DNA of 64,000 bases from Dudresnaya verticillata (taxonomy: Eukaryota). The position numbers were made by a program, and so were the translations under genes. Below, piece after piece: positions 46,636 through 58,656 of the stretch (position 1 is the stretch's first letter; every line of letters begins with the position of its first letter). Below the pieces are notes generated by a model. The model made no database searches. It saw nothing but the letters and a program-made list of their open reading frames with translations, and was not told where the DNA came from. The stretch covers positions 1,798,001 through 1,862,000 of the forward strand of contig OZ374559.1 in NCBI GenBank assembly GCA_977862235.1, read 5' to 3'.

Positions 46636-47616
46636 GGATGATCTTGAATGCATAGTCGGCGGATTTTGTCAATGGCGGTGGAGATAGCGGTAAGGTCTGA
46701 GGGGCTGTTCGCGGGGTGTGACAATTTTTGGAGGACTGCGGCTTGTTCACGAAGTTCTGAACGTGTGACTGCGCAAGAGGGTGGAATTGGGAAGGTGCCA
46801 AGATGCCACCGAACCGCAAGCTTACGGTCGCGGTGGTTAGAAAGCCTGAGCGCGGGGGGTAGGGACGATGTATTTTGGACCGGCGCAGACCGCCGGCCTG
46901 CGACGGCCGACTTCCAACTGTGTACAGTTAATATATTATTAAGTGCAGAACTGAAGCAGCTACTTCATTGGCGGGAAGAACAGGAGAATGTCCTCGATGC
47001 ACGAAAAAGGAAATACACAAACTTATCCTTGCCTTGGTTGTGTTCACGCGACGACGGAAGCCAACATAGCGAGGAATGGTCTTGAAAGCTATGGACTTTC
47101 GCGACTGCATTATGCAGAGCCGGTAGGGCTCCGTCCGCATGTACTGTCCACACCCATCTCGACATGTGATAGTTCTTTTCCCCTGCATGGCAACGAAGAA
47201 ACAAAAAGACAGGCATTTCCGTTTTTATAGAAAGGGTCAGCGTTCCCGTTCGGGAACTCTGGTGGTTGTCTGTCACAATATATAAGTGTGGAGACTGTTG
47301 TGAACACCGTGAAGGAGATTTTCGACTAGGAGAAGGTGAGGGGTCGGGCTGTCCGTGCTGGAGTGGTATAGTAAAGGACTTGAGCTGGCGTGGGGAACCC
47401 GAAATGTGAATTTGGCAAAGGACGCCGCGGTCACTGCTTCCGGGGCAACAAAACAGCCCGGGGCCCTCCTCATTATGTACAATGACGAATTCACACGGGC
47501 CCGCACCTTCGATACAGAAGAATTGCTCGGCTTCACGGTGGCTGCCCACAAGGCAATGGGCAAAGTCCGTCCTGCGAGGAGCAAAAGGCCGAATGCGTAC
47601 GAGGATACTGCAGTGA

Positions 47617-49518
47617 TCACTCCAGGGCTCTGGCCGCTCCCATTCCGGTCACATTACCTTTCTCGACTTCGCCTTCAATGAATTGCGTAATGGCCCATCT
47701 CCTATTCACGGGGTCGCCGTCAGCCTCTTCTTCCCCGTCTTCATCCTCATCCTCAGAGTCGGTCATCTCGTGCTCCATTCTCAACCGCCCGTGCTTGTTA
47801 ATCCTCTTAATAGTATCCATGGCCAACTCGTTCGGAATGAGTCCAGCTTGCAGCAGCACAAAAGTATACTTCTTGACGATGTCCCCAATCCTGACGAAGA
47901 CGAACAGTAGAGTAACAAGAGACAATACCAACTGAACTATATCTCTACGGCGAGGTTCTGTATCTTGTGTCACATGCAGATACATCGTCGCACATGACAG
48001 AGCCACTGCTACTGTCGTGAAGAACAGCATGAACTCAATGCACCACATGAAAAAACGGTGCGATCCAAACCAAAAGAGCTTTTCTGCCGCACTTGCAACT
48101 CGGTTCAGTCGAGGGACCAGCTTGCGTACCAGCCATGGATATCTTTTCGCTTTCTTATTGCGGGCTTGCTCCACAGCTCCACGATTTTCCATTAGCGTTG
48201 AGTTCCTTAACCAGATTGCTCTTTTTCGGACTTGACGCGCAGTCCGTCCCGTTTTGCATTCTGTCAGAAGCTCTCCCGAACTCTGTGATGTTTCTGTCGG
48301 TTGTTGGAATGCGTCGGGTTGAGGATCAACAACCCCCAAACGGTCTGCCTCTAGATCTCCTTGCCTTTCCAGATTCGAACTAACACCAGATAAAGAATGG
48401 GTACCAGATTCCCCTACCAAGGGCACCAAAGCTGTGCCTGGGCGGTGGCGCAACGGCTGCAAAGGCTCACCATCTGGTGCATTGGTAGAAAGGACTGCAG
48501 GTCTTACATCCGAACGGCTCACGCGACCTTCACTGTCTGAGACAATCGGGGGTTCATCTGTCTCATTGTCGTGATTCTGACTTTCATAGTACAGATATGG
48601 GTTCTTGGTAAGAGACCAGTATACATTGCGGATTTTGATCAACAGAATCTGTGCGAAAAACATCAGAAGAGTACAAAACACAATAACGAAGATGGGCTCA
48701 ACTACATCTGGCTCATTGGGTACAGCAGCGCCACTGTGTTCTTCCCGTCCTTCGGATAGCAGACGCTCTGCTTGTCCGGCTTCTTGCGGTAGACCAACTA
48801 TGTGGCGACGGATAATATCCGCTGAGATAAAGAAAAGGAAAATGATATGGAGGGTCCAATGGTTGCTCACAAGTCGAATGAAGATGCGTGCTTTGACGTT
48901 GCGAAGGAAGTTGGAAAATCGAAAATTGTGCGAAAGTTGACGGAAGTAGATGAACTGGAAGCGGACATCGTGAAAGGCCATGAGTTCGTGGAGGTGCCAG
49001 TGCTCGAAGAAGGTGGCAATGTTGGGCAAGCACCATCCGAACCTTTGCCAAAACGTGCTTTTGTGCCTGTGCACTCTTTGACAAAGAACAGAATATCGTT
49101 CTTTCGCGGAGATGTACTCCTGCAAGGTAATGAGTTCGAACTTTCTCCAGCGGTCTGCGATTCGGGGAGAGGTAAATAACGAAAATAAGACCACGAGAAT
49201 GTAGAGGATAGCGCAAAGGAAAATGAAGACGTGGGCAAACTCAAAAGAAAGAACCAGGCCCTCGGTAGGGTTGGCAACCTGCTGGAAGCCAAGAAAGATG
49301 ATTGAGACCAAGCCGAGAACCATGAGCTCACGATAGAGAATCTTGAGTACCGGAAGCAAGTAGGAATAGTTGCTTGCGAGGAAGTGATCGATGTTGTGGA
49401 GCAAGGTCTCAAATACCAGGGAAAAGACGATGAGCAATATCAGCAGCAATTGGGAGACGGTGGTGTCGATACCAGCGTCCTCCGCAACCTTTGTGGCAGC
49501 GGACTCTGCTCTCGGCAT
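47617..49518 (-). CDS. MLO-family membrane protein, paralogue 2
   Basis: RELMVLGLVSI, LSFEFAHVFIFL, LHELMAFHDVRFQF, PRLNRVAS.AEKLFWFGSH; collinear with paralogue 1. Confidence 0.88.
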   Translation of the reverse strand: MPRAESAATKVAEDAGIDTTVSQLLLILLIVFSLVFETLLHNIDHFLASNYSYLLPVLKILYRELMVLGLVSIIFLGFQQVANPTEGLVLSFEFAHVFIFLCAILYILVVLFSLFTSPRIADRWRKFELITLQEYISAKERYSVLCQRVHRHKSTFWQRFGWCLPNIATFFEHWHLHELMAFHDVRFQFIYFRQLSHNFRFSNFLRNVKARIFIRLVSNHWTLHIIFLFFISADIIRRHIVGLPQEAGQAERLLSEGREEHSGAAVPNEPDVVEPIFVIVFCTLLMFFAQILLIKIRNVYWSLTKNPYLYYESQNHDNETDEPPIVSDSEGRVSRSDVRPAVLSTNAPDGEPLQPLRHRPGTALVPLVGESGTHSLSGVSSNLERQGDLEADRLGVVDPQPDAFQQPTETSQSSGELLTECKTGRTARQVRKRAIWLRNSTLMENRGAVEQARNKKAKRYPWLVRKLVPRLNRVASAAEKLFWFGSHRFFMWCIEFMLFFTTVAVALSCATMYLHVTQDTEPRRRDIVQLVLSLVTLLFVFVRIGDIVKKYTFVLLQAGLIPNELAMDTIKRINKHGRLRMEHEMTDSEDEDEDGEEEADGDPVNRRWAITQFIEGEVEKGNVTGMGAARALE

Positions 49519-50906
49519 GGCGGCAGCTATTTGCGGGACCTTTGCTCGGGTGGTGGGCGTCTACCACGAGGCAATGTGTCTTCTGTCGTAGGTACAGGCG
49601 ACAATTTGGCGGTGCGGGAATGCCCACGTGCGGTTGTCATTAAGTACATAACAAGAACGCGTTGTAGTTCACATTGATTTAAAAAGTTGGTTTGAAGGTT
49701 TATAATGCTTCGCGCGGTTGCGGCGTGCTATGCATATCTGCAGATGACCCGCCCTGAGACATTAATAAACGGGCTCCAACCTATTCCACGGACTCGCGAA
49801 GAGAAGTTGGATGCGTCTCGCGCTTGCTACCGGCCCTGCGACTGCACGGATATATGGGTGCCTTTCTGAATTTGGCGGTAGGGGTGCAGTAGATGCGCGC
49901 AACGGAGCCTCGTCGCGAAGCCGGTTCGAGAGGTTGGGCCACAAGATCCGTGGCAGTTCAGACTGCGCTATTCTCAGAGAGAACGAGGTGCAACCTTCCT
50001 TGTGAATTCATCGCCACAACTGCACGCAGATCGGCTAGTGGCCATAGCCCCTCAACGTTGGCACTCTTCTTCTGCGTGGACAACAAGATGTGGGGCTTGT
50101 CGATATCCAGAACAACTTATAAGCGTAAGACACCGTTGGTTAGAGGAAGCGCTATTTATCCGATGCCTGAGCTGCACCTGGTGTGCACCGCTCTCCGCAC
50201 CCCGATGTGGATATCTCCCAGCAGTGCCAATCGTTGTTTCCGATCCAGTCGGCTTACTCACCTATCTTCATCCTGAACTTGGGCATCGCGGGGAGCCTGA
50301 TCACGCTTTCGCTGCGCAAATCTACTTCGTGTCTTGCCTATGACTACTCGAGAAGAGTAGGGCACGCTCCATTCGTCTGCCATATATGCATAGCTTTATC
50401 ATTTCGGTGGCTTTACTCCGAACATTCGCTGGCACCAAACTCGATAAGAGTGGCCTGTTTTGGGCCAGCTGCAGCTCCCTAACATCCCTCTCAAATGCGT
50501 GCTTGGCACAAGGTGTGTGCGCAAAACCACCAAGGCCAGCAGGCACATTCTTCCCCTCGTGCTGTCTGCCGCGCCCATCCCATTATCGCTGGACCGCTCG
50601 GTACTTCTCCTTCCGAATGCCTCGGCTATCAACACCACAAAAGAAGATGCAACGCATAACAGCTCGCACCTTCGCAACGATGGCCCTCGCTGTCGGTCAA
50701 CCATGCGGCCAACACGTCTGCGTCGAAAACGACCTTTGTAGCAGGCGTCAGAGACGGGCCGCTAACCATGCCAAGTTGCAGAGGGGTAGGTGCCAGCGCG
50801 GGTTCACGCCACGCTACTTGCAAATGATACATTATACCTTCGGGGTAACGCGACAGACCGTTGGCGTTGGGAAGCATTCGAAGCAGGTGTTCGGCAACCC
50901 ACAACG

Positions 50907-52353
50907 ATGCGCCCGCGGGTAAGTCTGTCTGCGCAGGCATTGGTATTAGTGTTAGTGCTGGTACTAGCCGGGTGCACATGCGGCGCGGCTACGCTGGAGC
51001 GCAACGACCAGGCGGATTCGATCCAGCTGCCGAACGGACAGAACGTGACGTGCCCGAAACAGAAGTGGCCAGAGTGCAAGGGGGATGGGTGCACGCGTCG
51101 GCTGGGGTTGGACCCGTTCGTGTTGGGAGTCTGCCTGATCGTGTCTGCCATATCGATCGGTGTGGCGTCGATTCTGTACAACGTGGCCGGGTACTGGGAA
51201 TTGGTCGAGGCGCACCGCAAAGTGCGCTTGTTGTGCATCTTCGTGTCACGGCTGTTCATCGACATGGCGATCAAGCTTTCCATTGCATTCATCACAACCA
51301 CGCTGGCCACGCCTGAAAAGGACTCGATCCCAGACATCTCCGGTGCGTATCTGACATTTGTGACTGCGATTCTGACACGCATGTACCACGAGGCTTTCCG
51401 CATGACGCTCTGCACGACTGGGTTTGCGGCGGACACGGAGACGTGGCACCCGCGACTGGACGTGTATCTAAGCCCATTGGACAAGTACAGCACGCAGCCA
51501 GAAGACAGTGGCCAGGTGGGACTTCCGGAAGGCGACCGCAGAGACATCTCGCGAATGTCGCTTTGGCAGCGGTTCTTCGGGGGACGCGTAGACCGGCGGC
51601 TGCTGATCGCTTTCGCGTGCCTGTTTCTTCTCCTGGAGATGTATGTGCTCGGGTCCATCGTTTTCTCGATCGGGTCAAGGGTCTTTGTGCTTGCAAAGTA
51701 CGAGAAGCAGAAGATTCTTAGCGAATTGGGCACGGATGACGCCGCTTCTGATGAGGGTGGTGGGGTGTCGTTGGCAGCGACAAGTCGGTTCTGGTTCCTT
51801 GACATTATCAAGAGCTACTCGGAAAAAGGGTTGCGGTGTCCGCGCGGGGCCAAGGACAATCTTAGTACGTTGATACAGAAAAAGTGGCGAAAGTGACTCG
51901 AGATGCGACGCAGCGGCAAGAAGGAAGCACGGTGGAACTGACATGTGCTTTGCGACACAACCAAAAGTCCTGGCGATGAGCCTACTCAACCACTTGCTCG
52001 TGGCGATGACACGGCAGCCATCGGTGATCCCACTGCTGGCGGTAACGGTGCGCGGGCTGCGGGTGTTGCGATGGTCAAAGCACCTCGTGATTGGGACGCT
52101 GACGGCGTGGTGGGTTTCATCGATTGCGATGATCGGCACCAACGAGCTGATATTCAAAATATGGTACAACGGCAAAATCTCGACGTTCTGGCTTAGCCTG
52201 CTCGGCACGAGCCCCGTCACGTTGACCGATGGGGTGCTATCGACGGCGGCGCTAGTCGTGGGCATCTTCGTCTCAAGCAGGATGCGACGCACGTTCGGCG
52301 TAGATGGCGCCGACGACGAACCCGACTCGGACAAGAAGAGCCTGGACAACTAG
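50907..52353 (+). CDS. Multi-pass membrane protein with signal peptide, apparently split by a 1-nt frameshift near 51880
   Basis: ORF 50907-51896 has a signal peptide, a Cys-rich segment and TM helices. The +1 frame is open from 51874 to 52353 with further TM helices. Confidence 0.55.
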
Positions 52354-53051
52354 AAGTAACCTTAGTACTTACTGAGCGTGCCAGCAACAAAACGACAGCT
52401 AAACGTTGCGCCGCTCCGCGTCAGGCCAGAGCGCCCGACCCGGTTGCGCACCGCCCATCCCGACCGTCTTGCCCGCGTTTCCTCCTGGGAGCGATGCGCC
52501 GCCTGCAGCGGTACAAGCGCGAGCGCGCCCCGCGAGCGCGAGCGCGTCCACGCCGCGGAACATGGTGCCGCACGTCCGCGTCGGTTGCGCGTCGCGGCCG
52601 CTCGCGGCAGGCGGTGAGCCGCGACCGCGTTGAGGTGGTCAGCGCCGCGTTGGCCGCCGCGTGCGCGCGTCGTCGCCACTGTCGAGATCGACCAGGCGCC
52701 TGCGGACGCCGTCGAGACGGAGCGCGAAAATCGCGAAAACGGTTTCGGAGCTCAAGCGCCGCGAGTGTCGGCGTCCCACGCGCGCTCCGCTCCCACCGAC
52801 AGTCCCCTCCGCACCGTTCGAGACCTCCGCCACAGCCGCTCCGCCCCCCTCCGCGCCGCGTCTTCGCGCCGACACCGACACCGCCTCCCCCCCACCCGCG
52901 CACCCGACCGTTGCGCCAGCATGCACCCTCCAGCGCGACCGCAGCCGACACCGCGGCGTCCTCCCTAAAGCGCCGCACCCTCCGCGTCGCGCCCATCCTC
53001 CCCGCCGCGCCCGCCCCACACCGCGCCCCGCTCCCATCCCGCGCCCGCACA

Positions 53052-54635
53052 ATGCCCGCCGCAAAGCTCCCGCGCACCACGGCGTACGCCGCGCCGCGCA
53101 TGCTCCCGTCCAAGACGACCACGCGCCGCTCGTCGTCCAACTCGCTGCAGCGCCGCATGCTCGACCTGTACGCCAAGCAGCGCCGCCTCACCCCCGCCTT
53201 CCGCGCGTCGGTCGCGCTCGCCGCCGTCGCCATCCTCTCCACCGCTGCCATCGTCGCCATCGCCCCGCGTGCCCCCGTCGCAACCACCTTGCGGTTCGCC
53301 TCCGCCGGCCTCGCTGCCGCCGCCGACCGTCTCGACTCGCGTCGACGCCCCAGCCACCTGCACCCACCTGCTCATGTGGAGGAGGGAGAGGGGGAGCAGA
53401 AAGATGCTGCTGTTGAGGGAGATGCTGTTGTTGAGGAAGGACGCCGCGGTTTGCACGTGCCGCGTGCCCGTCGACGCCCGCCCGGGCAGGGTCGCGCTCT
53501 GGGTCGCCCTGCTGGGCACGCCGTCAACTCGTTCGACGACGCCCCGGAGCCGCGCTCCGCCGCAGATGATTCCGACGCGGGTGCTGCCGGGCCCGCCGGC
53601 GAAGATCACCACGAAGCCCCGGTGACTCGCGCCGTTCCGGAGACGGCAGATGTGCACGCGGCGCCAGAGCCGGCGGCGGCAAGGCTGGCTGTGCCGGTTA
53701 CACGCGCGGCATCGGAACAAGCAGTGGCAAAGCCGCCCGCGCGGGCTGCGAGTGTCCCATCGAAGCAGCCGTTTACGGAGCTGCAATATGATACGCCGCG
53801 CAACGTGCCGGAGGGGCATGCGTCGAGGCACGAGCCGCTTGGGACGCCGCGTGAGTGCGGAGAGTGGCGGCGCCTTGCGCGCAATGCGTCGGGTGTAGTT
53901 CCATACCGCCGCCACTTCACGAGTCTGGACGTGACGGACTGGTTTGCGTACATCGCGCTGTTCGATGAGTTGTTCCACGCAAATGCGGTGGCGCGCCACC
54001 GCCGGCCTCGGTACCTCGACGTTGCCGCAAACCATGCAAGGCGCTGGTCGAATACGTGGTTCTTTGACCGCTGCATGGGTTGGGACGGAATCTGCGTCGA
54101 GGCCAACCCGAAGTACCTTTCGGAGCTAAGGCGCTTGCGGCACTGCCATGTCGTGCCGACTTGTGTTTCGGACCGTGTGCGGAAGGTGAAGTTTTCGATG
54201 ACGGACGCGTATGGCGGGGTTGTGAAGGGTGAGCACGAGCAGTTTGGAGTGGATGGGCAGCGCCACGCAACGGCAGAGAAGTTTAAGAAGGACTTTCATG
54301 GGATCAAGGAGCTGACGTGCACGACGCTCAAGGCCGAGCTGCAAAAGGTAGAGATGAACCGTTTTGACTTGCTCAGCCTCGATGTTGAGGGACATGAGCT
54401 GCCCATTCTGCAAGGCATCGACTGGGAGACGACGCGCATCAACGTGATCGTCACCGAAAATCGAACGCCGATGGTACAGGTGCTGCTTGAGCAGCAAGGG
54501 TATGTGCTGCATAGGGGTATCCTTAAGGACTTCATCTTCATCCACAAGAATAGTGGGCTTACGCTGAATGAAGAGTTTGTCAAGCTTGCTAAGCGGCTGG
54601 ACAAGAAGACGTACCAGTTTGTAGCAGGTGCGTGA
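53052..54635 (+). CDS. FkbM-family (Methyltransf_21) SAM-dependent methyltransferase, type II membrane
   Basis: N-terminal TM segment; YLDVAAN...SNTWFF..CMGWDGICVEANP; FDLLSLDVEGHEL.IL.GIDW...VIVTE. Start codon uncertain. Confidence 0.85.
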   Translation: MPAAKLPRTTAYAAPRMLPSKTTTRRSSSNSLQRRMLDLYAKQRRLTPAFRASVALAAVAILSTAAIVAIAPRAPVATTLRFASAGLAAAADRLDSRRRPSHLHPPAHVEEGEGEQKDAAVEGDAVVEEGRRGLHVPRARRRPPGQGRALGRPAGHAVNSFDDAPEPRSAADDSDAGAAGPAGEDHHEAPVTRAVPETADVHAAPEPAAARLAVPVTRAASEQAVAKPPARAASVPSKQPFTELQYDTPRNVPEGHASRHEPLGTPRECGEWRRLARNASGVVPYRRHFTSLDVTDWFAYIALFDELFHANAVARHRRPRYLDVAANHARRWSNTWFFDRCMGWDGICVEANPKYLSELRRLRHCHVVPTCVSDRVRKVKFSMTDAYGGVVKGEHEQFGVDGQRHATAEKFKKDFHGIKELTCTTLKAELQKVEMNRFDLLSLDVEGHELPILQGIDWETTRINVIVTENRTPMVQVLLEQQGYVLHRGILKDFIFIHKNSGLTLNEEFVKLAKRLDKKTYQFVAGA

Positions 54636-55721
54636 CGGATGGTGCGGAGAGTTGACTTGCGATGGTAAACTATCGAAGGGAAGGAAAAGGCTACTTTGCT
54701 GGGTCGAGGCGAATCATCTGAGACGATGTGCCGACACGGTGATGTTCCTTGGGCGCAACTGCGCGGATTAGGGTAGCCCCACATTGCTGCTCACAGTGTT
54801 TTTGTGGCGTGTCTTGTAGTCTTGTGCGGCAATCCGACTACTGGCGACATGTTGACGGTTTTGAATGAGTAAACTTGAATCACTTCCATCAAGATCAGCG
54901 TTAGAAGGTACCGGATCAGCGCTGATGCAACAAGCAGTTGGTATTAGCGCAGATTGAGTGGCGCTGCGCAAGGACAGGAAGGTTGTCAATGAAGTTACGA
55001 CATTATTACTGTTGATGTGGAAGTGCTGCCAAAGCACTCTTGGCCGTTCCCATAAGGACGGGTGTCGTCGACTGTGCGAATGCATGTTGTCGCTTCGAAC
55101 TTGAAACCTTGAGACAATGCACCTCGTTGTAGTTGAGCGCCGCCCTGTCGCCGATGTCTTGGTAAGCATGTGTTTCCTATCCTAGCATCTGCGCCTGGCA
55201 TGCTCGTCATGCTCGACTCCCAGTGTCATCGACTATATAAGCTGCACCCTTGTTGAAAGACGAACAAGACTCCTAGTTGTGCCGCAGTGTGAGATGAAGC
55301 ATAACATGCTTCAACACTGCAGAGCTGAACACTGTCTCTACCGACTGCGAGTGTTTGGAAGTGTCGATCGCGAAGTTTCAACTCGTCCGATGCTCTTCGA
55401 TTAGAGGTACTCGTGCCTCATCCAACAAAAGCCAACCGCGGCAAGGCAATCTCTGCAAAGAGCGTGATTTGTTCAGGGGAGCAGACTTGGGGCTGGCCAG
55501 GCATTTCCTCAGTTGCAAGCCACGGGTAGGGGCGGTACTCTGCAGTTTCTTTTGTCTGGCTGCACATTGGGCTTCTCCGCACCCAGTGGAAGCTAAAACC
55601 TGCGATACCGCAGATGATCGATCGTGAAATGGATTCTCGAGAATGACAAACGCGAAGGCGATTGCGGCGCGACGTCCGGAACGGGCTGCGTTTATACAGT
55701 TAGATTACGAAGGTGTACGGT

Positions 55722-55803
55722 TGTGTGTGTGTGTGTGTGTGCGTATGTGTGTGTGTGTGTTTGTGCGGTGCGCGTGTGTGCGCGTGTGTGTGTTTGCGTT
55801 TGT
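55722..55803. repeat. Imperfect (TG)n microsatellite
   Basis: Directly visible. Confidence 0.9.
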
Positions 55804-56048
55804 GGGACGGATTGCTTGAGCCCGGGAAGCGGGCTACAGGTTCGAAATAAGGAGCGACGTCGGGGGTGACGAACAACGATTGTTCGTAGGCTTGGCGCCG
55901 GGCGGGAGTGCAAAACGCGACAGGCAGCAAGACATAGCTGCGCAGCGGCGACAATCGCATCTCAGAGCGAGGGCGCGTGGCAGCTTCCCCGCGACACGGG
56001 AGCGTTGGCCAAGCGCGGGAGGGGGGCGACGCGCGCACAGCTGGAGTC

Positions 56049-56408
56049 CTACCGGCGATGGACGCCGGGGGCGGCCTCGGCCTTGGCGGGGAGGAGGTTG
56101 CCGCCGACGCTAGCGGCGAGCACGGACAGGGTGGCGCCCTGCGCGATGACGCGCGCGCGCATGAGGCGCTGGCTCAGGAGCGGGTTGCCGGTCTTGAAGG
56201 CGAACAGGCCGGCCAGCAGCACCATGCCGGTGGTGATGGCGCCCGCAGGCACCAGCGGGTTCTTCTTGAGCGCGTCCATCTTGCGCGCGTTTGAGTTGTG
56301 CTCCTGCGAGTAGGCGTTCGCGCCCGTCGGCTCCTGCGGGCGCATGATGATCGCGGACCGCGGCGCCGGCGGCGCCGGCTCGGGTGTTGCTGCTGGCGAG
56401 GCGGACAT
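56049..56408 (-). CDS. HIG1-domain protein (RCF1/HIGD2-like mitochondrial respiratory supercomplex factor)
   Basis: KKNPLVPAGA..T..VL.AGL.AFK.GN..LSQRLMRARV.AQGAT signature. Confidence 0.9.
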   Translation of the reverse strand: MSASPAATPEPAPPAPRSAIIMRPQEPTGANAYSQEHNSNARKMDALKKNPLVPAGAITTGMVLLAGLFAFKTGNPLLSQRLMRARVIAQGATLSVLAASVGGNLLPAKAEAAPGVHRR

Positions 56409-56774
56409 GGTGGACGGCGGGTGGGTCGGTGCGTTGCGGCGGGTGCGCGAGGTGGGGCGGGGCGGGCGGCAGACGGCTTTATGGGAAGGAGCGCGGCGCG
56501 GCAGTGGCGAGCGCGGCGCGTCTGGTGACGTCGCAGTTTTGTGGCTGAACGGTGCCGCGCTCCCCGCGCGCGTGCGGCGCATGGCGAAAATCCGTTCGTC
56601 GGCGTGGCGCCCGTTTCTACGGCGTTTCCACCTTCGACGCGTCACCGAACGTCTCGCCACCGCGGCCATGTGACGGCGTGAGCGCGCCGCAGACTCGCTC
56701 GGCACCGCCGGCCGCCGGCCGCCCGACAACCGCCTCTGCCCGGTGGCCGCGGCGCGCGCGCGCTCCGCGGCGCC

Positions 56775-58061
56775 ATGTCGCCGCCGGTTCTGCACGAGCC
56801 ACCTCGCCCGCGCAGCGACGTCCCGGCCACCTCGCGCGCACGCTCGGACATGGCCGCGCTCCCGTCGACGCGGCAGCTACGCGCGCGGCAGCGCCGGCGC
56901 GCCTCGGCGCGCGCGCTGTGCGGCCTGGCGGTGGTGGCGGTGGTGGCGGCCGCGGCCGCGGTGGCGGCGCGGCGCGCGCCGCGCGCGCCGCGCGCCGACG
57001 CCGCGGTGGACGCCGCGGTGGCGGCGGCCGCCGCGCGCGCCGCGTACGTGCCGCGCGGCGCCACGCGCCGCGTCGTGCTGCTCACGGCCGTCAACCACGC
57101 GTTCCGAGACTTTCTGGCCAACTTGAACTGCTCGCTGCGGCGCGCCGGCGTGGACGCGGTGCCGCTGGTGATCTCCATGGACATGGCGATGCACGAGCAC
57201 GCGACGCGCGCCGGGTATGTGTCGCTGCACCTGCCGCTCGGCGCGGGCGCGGGCGCGGGCGGCGCGGGTGGTGGCGGGGAGGACGTGCACCTGTTCGGGT
57301 CGCGCGGGTTCAACCTCCTCAGCAAGCAGAAGCTGTACGGCGTGTACAAGGTGCTGCAGACGGGCGTGGACGTGGTGTTCTCAGACGCGGACGTGGTGCT
57401 GTGCGCGGACGCCGTGGCGGAGATGGCGCACGTGATGTACGCGACGGACTGGGATGCGGACGGGATCTCTGCGCGCATGCCGCACCTGCTGATGCAGACG
57501 GCGTGGCCGCGGTCGCTGCTCAACTCGGGGCTGTACTACGCGCGCGCGTCGCCGGAGCTGCTGCGCGCGTTTGAGGCGTTTCTGCGGCACGACGGGGACG
57601 CGGAGAACGACCAGGTGATTGTCAACCGCGTGCTGTGCCGGCGCGCGTTCGGCGGCGAGATGGTGTACAACGGGTCGTATGCGCACCCGTCGGCGCCGCG
57701 CCGCGCCATGCCGGCGCTGTGCCGGTGGAAGGGGGCGGTGGAGGCGCGGTTGCTCGACGCCGGGCGGTTTCCGACGGGCGGGGAGATGATCGAGGGCGAG
57801 AAGATCTTTCACCACGCGCGCGGCTTTGTGGTCGGGCTTTGTGCAAACGGCGATGTGAGCGCGTTGCACAACAATTGCATTCTTACCGGCAAGAAGAAGG
57901 CGCGGTCGATTGTCAAGGGCATTTGGTACGTTGGGGAGGACGGCGAGACTTGCTTGGACAGGCCCGCCGCGGCTACCAAGGCGATGCGGAAGATTTGCGG
58001 AGGAGCAAAGTGCGGGGCGGAGGGCGACGTGAATCGGTACCCGGACCTTGTTGTGCGGTAA
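56775..58061 (+). CDS. Nucleotide-diphospho-sugar transferase (GT77-like), type II membrane
   Basis: TM anchor; VLQTGVDVVFSDADVV (DxD), NSGLYY, NDQ..VN, RFPTG, HNN...GKKK. Start at 56775 or 56850. Confidence 0.88.
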   Translation: MSPPVLHEPPRPRSDVPATSRARSDMAALPSTRQLRARQRRRASARALCGLAVVAVVAAAAAVAARRAPRAPRADAAVDAAVAAAAARAAYVPRGATRRVVLLTAVNHAFRDFLANLNCSLRRAGVDAVPLVISMDMAMHEHATRAGYVSLHLPLGAGAGAGGAGGGGEDVHLFGSRGFNLLSKQKLYGVYKVLQTGVDVVFSDADVVLCADAVAEMAHVMYATDWDADGISARMPHLLMQTAWPRSLLNSGLYYARASPELLRAFEAFLRHDGDAENDQVIVNRVLCRRAFGGEMVYNGSYAHPSAPRRAMPALCRWKGAVEARLLDAGRFPTGGEMIEGEKIFHHARGFVVGLCANGDVSALHNNCILTGKKKARSIVKGIWYVGEDGETCLDRPAAATKAMRKICGGAKCGAEGDVNRYPDLVVR

Positions 58062-58656
58062 CGAGTTGGGAGTGTTTGGTTTGGTTTGGTAGAGCACAAG
58101 GTAAAGCATAACTGTTGTGCGTACGCACCCTCTACTGGAGAAGGAGCGTTGCGCTCGCTCTTGAAGCAGCTCTTTGGTCGCTCGCTTATCTTCCTTGTCT
58201 TCGTCGCGCTGCTTGCCACCGGTGCAAAGCAGCGCGGCGCCCGAAAAAGCCAAGCAGCCACACATCCAATGCTCCGAACGGACGCTGCGCGCGCGTGCGC
58301 CTCTGCGGAGCTCGCTTTATACCGTACCAGCGCTCCGCCGTCCGTAAGGCACCTCCAACCCGTCCACCGTGCACCTCACGCGCCGTCGTCCACAGTGGCC
58401 AGTGGCGGGAAGCCGTGCTGACCTCAGCAACGAGACTGGCAACGGCACGGCGGCGCGACACGTGCGTTGCGCGGAGAAGCGGAGAAGGGAGCGTTGCTGC
58501 AGCAAACGATACTTTACGTTTACTCTTCCTGTCCGACTTGTTCTGTTGTCTCAGGTGCGATAAGATACAAGTTGTAACTATCCTCTACGTTGATACTATG
58601 TACAAGCGCGCGGTTGCAATCCCACCTCCAATGCCTTTGCCAATACTCTTGGACGT

